From Longimicrobiales bacterium (GTDB lineage: Bacteria; Gemmatimonadota; Gemmatimonadetes; Longimicrobiales; Gaopeijiaceae): DNA of 64,000 nucleotides. Positions 18,921 through 27,761 of this stretch are shown here, in pieces. Positions within the stretch are counted from its first letter, which is position 1; every line of letters starts with the position of its first letter. A model generated the notes under the pieces. It did not search any database, was not told the origin of the DNA, and saw nothing but the letters and a program-made list of their open reading frames with translations. Location: positions 640,001-704,000 of the forward strand of contig OZ220732.1 of NCBI GenBank assembly GCA_965116905.1, written 5' to 3'. A program made the translations under genes and the position numbers.

Positions 18921-20105
18921 ATGAACCCGGCCATCCGGGCGCTTTTTCCGGGCGCGAGCGAGCAGGCCTACTTCGACATTTCCGCGCGCGCGCTGGTGCC
19001 CGAGCCCGTGCGGGCGGCGGTCGCGGACCACCTGCGGACGCGGATGCTGCGCGGGGGCGACAAGGACGCCATGCGGGCCGTGGTCGAGCGGACCCGGACA
19101 TCGTTCGCGGCGCTGATCGGCGGGGACGAGGACGAGGTGGCGATCACCAAGAACGTGTCCGAGGGACTCAACCTCTTCGGGGCCAGCCTGCCGTGGCAAG
19201 CGGGCGACAACGTGGTGCTGTGTCCGGCGCTGGAGCACCCCAACAACATCTACCTGTGGCACAATTTTGCGCGAGTGCACGGAATCGAGGTGCGTTCGGT
19301 GGCGCCCGTGGACGGCCACATCCCGGTCGAGTCGATGGGCGAGGCAATGGACGAACGCACCCGCCTCGTGACCGTGCCCAGCATCTCGTTCGCGCCCGGG
19401 TTCATCACCGACGTGCAGGGGATCGCGGCGGCGGCACGGCGGGTCGGCGCCCTCACGCTGGTCGACGCGGCCCAGTCGGTGGGCGCGCTGCGGACCGACG
19501 TGCGCGACCTGGGCATCGACGCTCTGGCGGTGGCCACGCAGAAGTGCCTGCTCGCCGAGTACGGCTTCGGCTTCCTGTACGTGCGCCGCGAGGTCGCGGA
19601 GACGCTCGTGCCGGTCCACCTGGCCCGCTTCGGGGTCGAACTCGACGGCCACGAGACGGCCTACACCGACGCCGAACTGCGGTACCGCCCCGGCGCACTC
19701 CGGTTCGACGTCGGCAACTACAACTACCTGGGCGCGGCGGCCGCGGGAGCGGCGCTGGAACTGCTCGCCAGCCTCCGAATCGACCGCGTGGAAGCGTTCG
19801 TGCGCCGCCTTGCAGGCGATCTCGCCGGCCGGCTTCACGACCTGGGACTCCCGGTGATCGGCGGAGCCCCCGGACGCCGCCTTGCGCACATCGTCTGCGT
19901 CGGCCCCGGCGTCGGCGGGCGGCATTACGAGGCCGGCAACCGCGAGATGCAGTCACTGCACGACCACCTGACCGCGTCCGGAATCCGTCTCGCGATCCGC
20001 AGCGGCGCGCTGCGGTTCTCGGTGGGTGTCTACAACAACGAGGAAGACGTCGAACGCGTGGTCGAGGCGGCGCGGGAGTGGTGCGGCAAGCCGTCGGGCT
20101 GTTAG
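18921..20105 (+). CDS. Class V PLP-dependent aminotransferase-fold enzyme
   Basis: LEHPNN, LVDAAQSVG, ATQKCLL (PLP Lys), GFLYVR, LRFSVGVYNNEEDV. Confidence 0.88.
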   Translation: MNPAIRALFPGASEQAYFDISARALVPEPVRAAVADHLRTRMLRGGDKDAMRAVVERTRTSFAALIGGDEDEVAITKNVSEGLNLFGASLPWQAGDNVVLCPALEHPNNIYLWHNFARVHGIEVRSVAPVDGHIPVESMGEAMDERTRLVTVPSISFAPGFITDVQGIAAAARRVGALTLVDAAQSVGALRTDVRDLGIDALAVATQKCLLAEYGFGFLYVRREVAETLVPVHLARFGVELDGHETAYTDAELRYRPGALRFDVGNYNYLGAAAAGAALELLASLRIDRVEAFVRRLAGDLAGRLHDLGLPVIGGAPGRRLAHIVCVGPGVGGRHYEAGNREMQSLHDHLTASGIRLAIRSGALRFSVGVYNNEEDVERVVEAAREWCGKPSGC

Positions 20106-20133
20106 TTCAATTTAGGCCATAACCTGAACTAAG
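20102..20133. terminator. AT-rich imperfect inverted repeat between convergent genes
   Basis: TTAGTTCA...TGAACTAA; each arm carries the TAG stop of one flanking gene. Confidence 0.4.
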
Positions 20134-21268
20134 AGTCGGACGGCGCCAAATACGCCCGGCTACCCCTGATCTCCAGTCTGGTGCCGTATTCCGCCGACAG
20201 CTCCGCCAGCCGCTCGAGGATCGCCGATCCCGCGTCCCCGTCGGCCACCTCCGGATAGCCGCGCGTCTCGAAGAAGAGCTCGCCGGGCGTCCCCTCGTTC
20301 AGCACGACCGGCACGAACGCCACCTCCCGAACGCCGTCCGCCCCCACCGACAGCGTCGCCACAGCGCTCTCCCAAACCTCGCGCGGATAGTTCCCCACGT
20401 CCGTCCTGGTATGGAAGATGAAGTTGCCGAGCCCATACAGGATCAGCCCGTTCCCGTACGCCTCGACACCCGCGAGCCGCGGCTCCCCGTGACTGATATA
20501 CACGTCCGCGCCCGCGTCCACGGCCGCCCGCGCCCAGCGTTCCTGCCAGCCGGGGCCAGCGTCCGTCTGGTAGTGTTGGTAGGAGATGAGAACGTCGCTG
20601 TTCGCGGCGGCTTCCCGGATCGCGCCGAGATTCCGGTCCCATGCCCCGGCGTCGTCCGGATGCAGGAGATTCACGCCCGGCTTCGTCGCCGTCGCCATAG
20701 CCCCGGGCGGCGCATTCACGGTCGCCAGGGCCACCATCCCGACGCGCACGCCGCCCACGTCCCGGTACGAGGGCGCTGCCGCCTCGGGCAGGGTACGCCC
20801 CGTGCCGGCGTGGGTGATCCCGCGCCGGGCGACCTCCTCGACCGTCGAGACGATGCCCTCGTCCCCGTAGTCCCACGAGTGGTTGTTGGCGAGCGCGAGC
20901 AGCGAGACGCCGATCTCGTCCAGGTAGTCGAGCACCTCGGGGCCGGCGCCGTGGAAGAAGACGTCGTCGCGGGTCGGCGTACAGTCGCATCCGGGCGCCG
21001 CGATCGCGACTTCCAGGTTCGTGAAGACGGCGTCCGCGCCTGCCAGAATCGGCGCGACGGTGGCCAGTGGCGCCTCGAGGTATTCGCGGGGATCGTGCTC
21101 GATCAGGGCTTGCCCGACCACCGCGAGTGTCACGGTGGGCTTGGAGCCGGACCGGCCCGGGCTGTCCGTGCCCGGTGCGCACGCGGCGCTGGTGATGCCC
21201 AACATCCCCACGAGGCCGAGCCTGGAGACACCTGTGCGCGGGCGGGCCCGACGGGCGAGCTTCGTCAT
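20129..21268 (-). CDS. CapA-family (PGA_cap) metallophosphoesterase lipoprotein
   Basis: NLEVAI, LANNHSWDYG, HAGTG, DAGADVYISHG, YGLGNFIF; lipobox SAAC. Confidence 0.88.
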   Translation of the reverse strand: MTKLARRARPRTGVSRLGLVGMLGITSAACAPGTDSPGRSGSKPTVTLAVVGQALIEHDPREYLEAPLATVAPILAGADAVFTNLEVAIAAPGCDCTPTRDDVFFHGAGPEVLDYLDEIGVSLLALANNHSWDYGDEGIVSTVEEVARRGITHAGTGRTLPEAAAPSYRDVGGVRVGMVALATVNAPPGAMATATKPGVNLLHPDDAGAWDRNLGAIREAAANSDVLISYQHYQTDAGPGWQERWARAAVDAGADVYISHGEPRLAGVEAYGNGLILYGLGNFIFHTRTDVGNYPREVWESAVATLSVGADGVREVAFVPVVLNEGTPGELFFETRGYPEVADGDAGSAILERLAELSAEYGTRLEIRGSRAYLAPSDS

Positions 21269-21281
21269 CCTTTCATCCCCC

Positions 21282-22757
21282 TCATTCCTGCCCCCTGGCT
21301 TCCGAATCGTCCTCGCTGAGGACCAGCCAGCGCAGTTCGCGGGCGCTTACCGACTGGCGCAGCGGTGCGGCGGCGCGGTAGAAGACGAGGCCGAGCACGC
21401 ACCAGGCGCCGAGCACGATCCACTCCGCGGGCAGCCCATCGGCCGCGTGGAACGGACCCCAGGCGGCCGCGGCGACCAGGCCGGCGGCAAGGACTGCGGT
21501 CAGGTAGAGGAACGCGCGGCCTCCCGGCACCGTGTAGGGACGCGCGTGGCCGGGTCTTGTCCTGCGCAGGCGGAGGACCCCCAGCACGACGACCAGGAAC
21601 ACCAGGCCGGCGGAGATCGACCCTGCTCCGACAATCACGAGGATCGCGTTGCGTCCGAAGAGCGTCCCCACGGCGCCCATGACCGCTACGAAGATCACGG
21701 CGGCGGCCGGCGAGCCGTGGCGCTCGTGGACGCTGGCCAGGCGGCGGGGGATCATGTGGGCGCGCGCCATCGCGAAAACGATGCGCGTGGACGCGAAGAA
21801 GATCGCGTTCCACGTCGTGATCAGCCCGAAGAGGCCGGCGACCAGCACCACGCGCCCCAACAGCGGAGACGTGAAGGCGGCCTCGATCGCGCTGGCCGCG
21901 GGCAGTTCCGAAGCCAGCAGCTCCGGGCGCGGAAGGCTCATCGCGGTCGCGAGGATCACGAGAAGGTAGAACACCATCGCGAAGACGATCGAGGCGCCGA
22001 TGACGCGCGGGATGAGCCGCAGCCTCGATCCTTCCTCCACCTCCTCCATCGCCTGGGGGATCGTGTCGAAGCCGGCGAACCACCACGCTGCAGTCGCGAA
22101 AACGACGGCCACGCCGGCGAAGGCGGCGCCCGGAGTGGCCCCGGTGAACATCGGCTCGAGGTTGGCGACGCTGCCGCCGGTGATCCCCGCGAAGACGAAG
22201 ATCGCGGTGAGGATGATCAGCCCGGCCGTCATCAGGTCCTGGAACCAGGCGGCCGTCCTCCCCCCGCGGTAGTTGATGACCGTGATGACCAGCATGACCG
22301 CGAGTCCGAGCGCCAGGCTCCACAGCCGGACCTCCTGGCCCAGCAGCGTATAGATGACCGGCCCCCCGAAGCCGGGCACGAGCGCCGAGACCACCCACTC
22401 CACCGAGATCGCCTCGTAGGAGGTGGTGAAGATGTAGGTGAAGGCGAGGAACCAGGCGGCCAGGAAGCTCCAGCGCGCGCCCCACGCCTCGAACACGTAC
22501 GCGACTTCGCCTCCGGCGACGGGGTACGCCGCCGCCATCTCCGCGTAGCACAGTCCGATCGCGAGCATGGCCAGGCCGCCGGCCGCGAAGGCGACGATGG
22601 CCCCGATGGCGCCGGCGTCACTCAGCCACGCCCCCATCACGATGATCCACCCCACCCCGATGATCGTCCCGAACGCGAGCGAAAAGAGAGACCTCAGCGG
22701 GATGCCCCTGCCGAGCTGCTCGCGCTCGCGGTGCGGCGCCTTCATTCCTCCGGTCAT
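21282..22757 (-). CDS. APC-family amino acid permease
   Basis: GTIIGVGW, YAEMAAAYPVAGG, FAGFD, STRIVFAMAR; about 12 hydrophobic segments. Confidence 0.92.
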   Translation of the reverse strand: MTGGMKAPHREREQLGRGIPLRSLFSLAFGTIIGVGWIIVMGAWLSDAGAIGAIVAFAAGGLAMLAIGLCYAEMAAAYPVAGGEVAYVFEAWGARWSFLAAWFLAFTYIFTTSYEAISVEWVVSALVPGFGGPVIYTLLGQEVRLWSLALGLAVMLVITVINYRGGRTAAWFQDLMTAGLIILTAIFVFAGITGGSVANLEPMFTGATPGAAFAGVAVVFATAAWWFAGFDTIPQAMEEVEEGSRLRLIPRVIGASIVFAMVFYLLVILATAMSLPRPELLASELPAASAIEAAFTSPLLGRVVLVAGLFGLITTWNAIFFASTRIVFAMARAHMIPRRLASVHERHGSPAAAVIFVAVMGAVGTLFGRNAILVIVGAGSISAGLVFLVVVLGVLRLRRTRPGHARPYTVPGGRAFLYLTAVLAAGLVAAAAWGPFHAADGLPAEWIVLGAWCVLGLVFYRAAAPLRQSVSARELRWLVLSEDDSEARGQE

Positions 22758-22811
22758 TCGCCTTCCACGGTTCGAGGCGGGCCGCGGACGACTGGCTGAC
22801 GCCGTCCGCGA

Positions 22812-22845
22812 GGGTTTATGTAAATCGAGCGACGGGTTTATGTAA
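22812..22845. promoter_or_regulatory. Direct repeat GGGTTTATGTAA x2 in a divergent intergenic region
   Basis: Exact 12-mers at 22812 and 22834 (22-bp period). Confidence 0.6.
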
Positions 22846-22901
22846 TGGCGTCAGAGGGCTCGGCGAAAGGCACACGAAGTACGGAGTCGCGAGAGGACGA
22901 A

Positions 22902-23810
22902 ATGACCGATACCGAAAGCGTGGTGAGGCTCGTAGCCATTGTCGGCGCGGGCACGATGGGGCGGCGAATCGCCTATGGATGCGTGTCGCTGGGCGTGGGC
23001 GTAAGGCTGTACGACATTTCCGGCGAAGCGCTCGAAGAGGCCCAAACGGCGGTGTGGAAGCACCTCGAGGGGGGCGTCAGGGGATACGGCCTGACATCCG
23101 AAGAGGCGCTGTCCCTCGTGGAGACCAGCCCGGACCTCGGAGTCTGCGTGCAGGATGCGGACTGGGTGATCGAAGCCGTCCCCGAGAACCTCGAACTCAA
23201 GCGGGTCGTGCTGGCCGACATCGGCGCGGCAGCCCCGCCCCGCGCCTTCGTGGCGTCCAACACCTCCTCGCTGCCCGGCTCCTGGCTGGCCGAGTCCACC
23301 GGCCGGCCCGACCGCTTCATCAACATGAACTTCGGCACGCACGAGGACCTCAAGGTGGAGGTGATGGGGCACCCCGGTACAGCGCCGGCCACAACCCGCG
23401 CCGCGAAGCGGCTTCTGCGGCAACTCGGACTGGTGCCGATCGTCGCGCGCCGCGAGATCCAGGGCTATCCGACCAACCGGATCTGGCGGGCCGTCAAGAA
23501 GGAGGCCCTGCACCTGATCGCGGAGGGTTACCTCAGCGGCGAGGAGATCGACCGCGCGTGGATGCTCGACTGGGGGACGCCGGTCGGTCCCTGCGGCCTG
23601 ATGGACATGGTCGGCCTCGACGTCGTGCGCGATATCGAGAACGTCTACTACCGGGCGTCCGGCGACCCGACCGACAAGCCGCCGGAGTTCCTGGAGCAAA
23701 TGGTGGAACGCGGCGAACTCGGCGTGAAGTCGGGGAGGGGCTTCTACGAGTACCCGTCACCCGCCTACGCGCGCGAGGGATGGCTCACGGACTCGGAGGA
23801 AGAAGAGTGA
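22902..23810 (+). CDS. 3-hydroxyacyl-CoA dehydrogenase family protein
   Basis: GAGTMG, IEAVPENLELK, ASNTSSL, GPCGLMDMVGLD, GELGVKSGRGFY. Confidence 0.9.
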   Translation: MTDTESVVRLVAIVGAGTMGRRIAYGCVSLGVGVRLYDISGEALEEAQTAVWKHLEGGVRGYGLTSEEALSLVETSPDLGVCVQDADWVIEAVPENLELKRVVLADIGAAAPPRAFVASNTSSLPGSWLAESTGRPDRFINMNFGTHEDLKVEVMGHPGTAPATTRAAKRLLRQLGLVPIVARREIQGYPTNRIWRAVKKEALHLIAEGYLSGEEIDRAWMLDWGTPVGPCGLMDMVGLDVVRDIENVYYRASGDPTDKPPEFLEQMVERGELGVKSGRGFYEYPSPAYAREGWLTDSEEEE

Positions 23811-23834
23811 GCGCCGCTCGGCGTGATGACAGCG

Positions 23835-24896
23835 CTAGAACGTCCTGGCGATCCCGGCTTGGATGTTGAGGACACGGTGCCTCGCGGTCTGGCCGACGAC
23901 CCTGTCCACATCCTGAAAGCCGTAGTTGTAGAGAGCCCCGATGGTGACCCGCGTTGAGCCCGTGCCCATTTCGAAGCCCGCACCGGCAGAGAGCCCGAAA
24001 TCAACGGGACGGGTGGTGAGATCGTTCAAGCTGGCGCAGTCGTCACTGGCGCTCAGGCGTTCCGTCCCTTCGCCGACGCTGACAGAAAAGCGGCAGTCCA
24101 GTTCCAGGGAGACGTAGGGGCCCACCAGCGCGTAGAAAGGCAGGTCCGGCGCCCCTGGCGGCGAAATGCGGGCCAGCGCCAGGAAATCGACGCTTTGGAA
24201 GGAGACATCGGCATGGGCCGCCACTTCTCCTGCCTTGACCTCGGTTCGCGCGCCTTTTTGCGCCCACTGGGCACCGAGCTGAAGCCCCAGCGGGGTGCTG
24301 CCCAGGGGGAACGCAACACCCATTCCGGCCGTAACCCCGGCGAGTTGCGACGCATCGACGGTGAATGGGCCCGCAAACGCCATCGTCGCCGAGTTCACGC
24401 CGACCATGGTAAACAGGGTCAGGCCGCCCCCGGTCTCGACCGCCTGGCCAGCCCCGGTCAAATCCGGTTGAGGTACGGGCATCCGGGCCGGCGGCGCCTG
24501 GGGTCGCGGCTCGGCAGCGGCAACCCGGCTCTGGGCCTGATCGAGCACGACCAGCGCGCGTGCATAGTGTTCCCCCCGCCGGCCGGCCAACTGCAGGTAA
24601 CGGGTCACGGACTCGATCGCCGTATGAGGGTGTCCCGCGTCCAGCGCCACCTGTCCGTGGTTGAACCAGAGTTCCGTTGCCGTCTCCAATCCATGCCTGG
24701 CCTGCAGCGCCAGCACAACGTCCAATGCCTCGAGTGCAGCGCCGTAGTCCTGGTTCTGGATCAGCCGGTCGGCGCGCACGAGGTAGAGGTCCACCTGAAT
24801 GTCAGGTGGGAGCTCCTGGCCTGACGCAACCGCCGGTCCCGCCAGAATGACAAGGCCCAGCGCCGCCGCTCGCAGTCCCGGGTTCCATCTGCCCAT
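23835..24896 (-). CDS. TPR-like N-terminus fused to an outer-membrane beta-barrel (OMP_b-brl_2-like)
   Basis: Signal peptide, helical N-domain, Pro linker, barrel motifs QWAQKGA, DFGLSAGAG, YNYGF; terminal Phe. Confidence 0.7.
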   Translation of the reverse strand: MGRWNPGLRAAALGLVILAGPAVASGQELPPDIQVDLYLVRADRLIQNQDYGAALEALDVVLALQARHGLETATELWFNHGQVALDAGHPHTAIESVTRYLQLAGRRGEHYARALVVLDQAQSRVAAAEPRPQAPPARMPVPQPDLTGAGQAVETGGGLTLFTMVGVNSATMAFAGPFTVDASQLAGVTAGMGVAFPLGSTPLGLQLGAQWAQKGARTEVKAGEVAAHADVSFQSVDFLALARISPPGAPDLPFYALVGPYVSLELDCRFSVSVGEGTERLSASDDCASLNDLTTRPVDFGLSAGAGFEMGTGSTRVTIGALYNYGFQDVDRVVGQTARHRVLNIQAGIARTF

Positions 24897-25093
24897 CGTC
24901 GTGCCCTCGATTCCCCTGGGTCGTGGGTCAGCAGTGTCGCCGCAATGTATCAGGGGACGTACGACTGTGAAACCGACTGGCAACGCGATCCTTCTGGCGC
25001 TACCATGCCCCCGGAGTCATGGCAGCGGCGCAACGGCGATCCCCGGGCCGTCCGCGTCGGCCTGGTAACCGAACCACCGTCAGGAGTCCACGA

Positions 25094-27121
25094 ATGCGGC
25101 CCGTCCCGGTACTCGTCCCCGCGCTTCTGCTTGTCGCACTTCCTCTGGTCTCGCCCCCGGCGTCGCTGGCCCAGGACCGGCAAAACCCCCACGGCGAGTG
25201 GCGCTACCAGAGCGCCGACGCGTGGGGCACGCGCTACTCGCCCGTCGACCAGATCAACGCCGGCAACTTCGGTGACCTCGAGGTGGCGTGGGTGTGGCAC
25301 GCGAACAACTTCGGGCCCGAGGTCGACCAGCAGATGAAGTCGACGCCGACGTACGTGGACGGGCTGCTGTACACGGTGGCGGGGCAACGGCGCACGGTCG
25401 CGGCGGTCGACCCGGCGACCGGTGAGACCGTCTGGACCTACCGCGAGCCCAACACGATCCGCTGGGAGCGCTCGATGCGGCAGAACTACGGCAAGGGTGT
25501 CGCGTACGGCGAATTCGACGGCCGCGGCGTGATCTACTACACGTCGCCCGCGTTCTTCCTGCACGCGCTCGACGCCAAAACCGGACGCCATATCGAGGGA
25601 TTCGGCCAGCGGGTGCCGATCGACGGATTCCCCGAAACGGGCGTCGTCGACATGCTGCCGCCGCTTCTCGACGGCTGGGGACCGTGGGAAGGCGCCGAGG
25701 AGGACTACGACCCGGAGTACGGGATCCCGCGCGAACTCGGCTACATCACGACGTCGTCGCCGCCGATCGTGATCGACGGTGTGGTCGTGGTCGGCAACTC
25801 GGCGGAGCAGGGGTACTACCAGACGCGCATCGAGAACGTGCCGGGCGACATTCTGGGGTTCGACGCGCGCACCGGCGAGCACAGATGGAAGTTCCACGTG
25901 ATCCCGCGCCCCGGCGAGTTCGGTCACGAGACCTGGGAGAACGACGCCTGGCAGTACACGGGCGATGTCTCCTCGTGGGCGCCGATGTCCGCCGACTACG
26001 AGCGCGGGATCGTGTACATCCCCACCAACCCGCCCACGATCGACTACTTCGGCGGGTTCCGTCCCGGACACAACCTCTTCGGCACCAGCGTGATCGCGCT
26101 GGACGCCGCGACCGGCGAACGCGCGTGGCACTACCAGGTCGTCCATAACGACCAGTGGAACTACGACCTGCCCAACGTGCCTATCGTCGTGGATCTGACG
26201 GTGGACGGCGAAGCGGTGCCGGCCGTGATCCAGACCACCAAGACGGGCCTCATCTTCGCCTTCAACCGCGAAACCGGCGAGCCGGTCTGGCCGATCGAGG
26301 AGGTCGAGGTCCCGCAGACCGAAGTCCCCGGCAACTGGACCGCGGCGACCCAGCCGGTGCCGACCCGCCCGGAGCCCATGGAGCCCCTGGGTCTGTCAGC
26401 CGACGACGTGATCGACTTCACGCCCGAGCTGCGCGCCGAGGCGATGGAGATTCTGGGCCGCTACCGGGTCGGGGGACCGTTCGTGCCGCGGCTGTACGAG
26501 GGATACGACGGGCCCGTCGCCGAGAACATCCGCTGCTACGGCGGGCTGAACATCACTCACCCGGCGACGCTCGATCCCACCACCGGGATCCTGTATGCCT
26601 CGCACCGGCGCAACTGCAGTGGCGGGCGGGTGGGCCTCGGCGCCGACGCGGACGACCAGGACGATCCCAGGACGACGGGCATCACCATTTCCCAGTGGGT
26701 CGCGGGCGCCGGTGGCGGGCTTCCTCGCGTGCAGGGCCTGCCGATCCCGAAACCCCCGTACAACCGCCTTTCCGCGTACGACATGAACACCGGCGAGCGG
26801 CTCTGGTGGATTCCGATTGGAGAGGTCGCCGAGAGCGTTCGCGACCACCCGGCCACGCAGGGCGTCGACCTGTCGCGCGCGGGGGGCGGGGGACTCTCGA
26901 TCCAGATGGTGGCGGGCGACCTGCTCTACACCACCGAGGGTGCGAACGGGCCACCGGTGCTGAACGCCTGGGACAAGAGGACGGGCGCACCCGCAGGCAC
27001 CGTGGAGATGCCGGGCGCTGGCCAGTACGGCATGATGACCTACAGCCACGAGGGCGTGCAGCACATCGTGGTGCAGGTGGGCCGGCCCGGGAGGCTGGTG
27101 GCGCTCAGGCTGCCGGAGTAG
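25094..27121 (+). CDS. PQQ-dependent dehydrogenase (quinoprotein glucose dehydrogenase-like)
   Basis: RYSPVDQINAGN, AVDPATGETVW, SSPPIVID, SWAPMSAD, WHYQVVHNDQWNYD; AGGAG RBS. Confidence 0.9.
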   Translation: MRPVPVLVPALLLVALPLVSPPASLAQDRQNPHGEWRYQSADAWGTRYSPVDQINAGNFGDLEVAWVWHANNFGPEVDQQMKSTPTYVDGLLYTVAGQRRTVAAVDPATGETVWTYREPNTIRWERSMRQNYGKGVAYGEFDGRGVIYYTSPAFFLHALDAKTGRHIEGFGQRVPIDGFPETGVVDMLPPLLDGWGPWEGAEEDYDPEYGIPRELGYITTSSPPIVIDGVVVVGNSAEQGYYQTRIENVPGDILGFDARTGEHRWKFHVIPRPGEFGHETWENDAWQYTGDVSSWAPMSADYERGIVYIPTNPPTIDYFGGFRPGHNLFGTSVIALDAATGERAWHYQVVHNDQWNYDLPNVPIVVDLTVDGEAVPAVIQTTKTGLIFAFNRETGEPVWPIEEVEVPQTEVPGNWTAATQPVPTRPEPMEPLGLSADDVIDFTPELRAEAMEILGRYRVGGPFVPRLYEGYDGPVAENIRCYGGLNITHPATLDPTTGILYASHRRNCSGGRVGLGADADDQDDPRTTGITISQWVAGAGGGLPRVQGLPIPKPPYNRLSAYDMNTGERLWWIPIGEVAESVRDHPATQGVDLSRAGGGGLSIQMVAGDLLYTTEGANGPPVLNAWDKRTGAPAGTVEMPGAGQYGMMTYSHEGVQHIVVQVGRPGRLVALRLPE

Positions 27122-27761
27122 AAGGCCCGAACACCGCCACCCGCCACAGGAACCCGTCGCGGATGTACCGCCGCGACAGCCCGTTGCGCTCCAGCACCGC
27201 CGTGACCTCGTCAGGGTCGTGGACGAAGACCCGGAAGGGGTGCTTTCGCAGCCGCTGGATCAGGTTCACCAGCGCGACCCCGGCGCGTATGAACCAGGTC
27301 CTCCGCGGGAAGACCAGGCCCAGTGCGCGCCGGGCGAGCGGGGCCGCCGCGCCGAGCATCGCGGGCATGTCGGGGTAGCAGCAAACCACCCGGTCCAGCG
27401 TGACCATGTCGGCGGGTTCGATCTCCGCGGCCCGTTCCACGAAGTCGCCGTCGAGGTATTTCATGCTGTCCGCATGGCCCCGCGCCTCCGCTTCGGCACG
27501 CGCCGCCGCCAGGTAGGCAGGCGAGGCGTCCGCGCTGGTGCCGCCTGCCGCCCCCCGGTCCATGAGCTCGTGCTGAATGGCGCCGACGCCGCCGCCGACA
27601 TCGACGAACGTGCGGCCTTCGACCCCGCCCGCGGCCACGGCATCGATGAGCCGCCGCGTCACCGCGCCCGGACCCTTGCGCCGGTATTGCCTGAGCTGAC
27701 GCTGCGCCATCCTGTTGCCGAACATGTCCTCGATCCCGCGGCACTGCGCGCAACAGCTCAT
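27105..27761 (-). CDS. Class I SAM-dependent methyltransferase with Cys-rich N-terminus
   Basis: MSCCAQC start (ATGA overlap), VDVGGGVG, DMVTLDRVVCCYPD. Confidence 0.85.
   Translation of the reverse strand: MSCCAQCRGIEDMFGNRMAQRQLRQYRRKGPGAVTRRLIDAVAAGGVEGRTFVDVGGGVGAIQHELMDRGAAGGTSADASPAYLAAARAEAEARGHADSMKYLDGDFVERAAEIEPADMVTLDRVVCCYPDMPAMLGAAAPLARRALGLVFPRRTWFIRAGVALVNLIQRLRKHPFRVFVHDPDEVTAVLERNGLSRRYIRDGFLWRVAVFGPSTPAA

Noticed and set aside
20102..20133. XerCD dif site or integron attC
   Set aside because: Arms do not match the dif consensus; too short and lacks attC box organisation.
20129..21268. Poly-gamma-glutamate capsule locus
   Set aside because: No capB or capC; stand-alone CapA homologs are common; ggt is distant and unlinked.
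27105..27761. bchM (Mg-protoporphyrin methyltransferase) implying phototrophy
   Set aside because: Only generic similarity; no bch or puf genes nearby.
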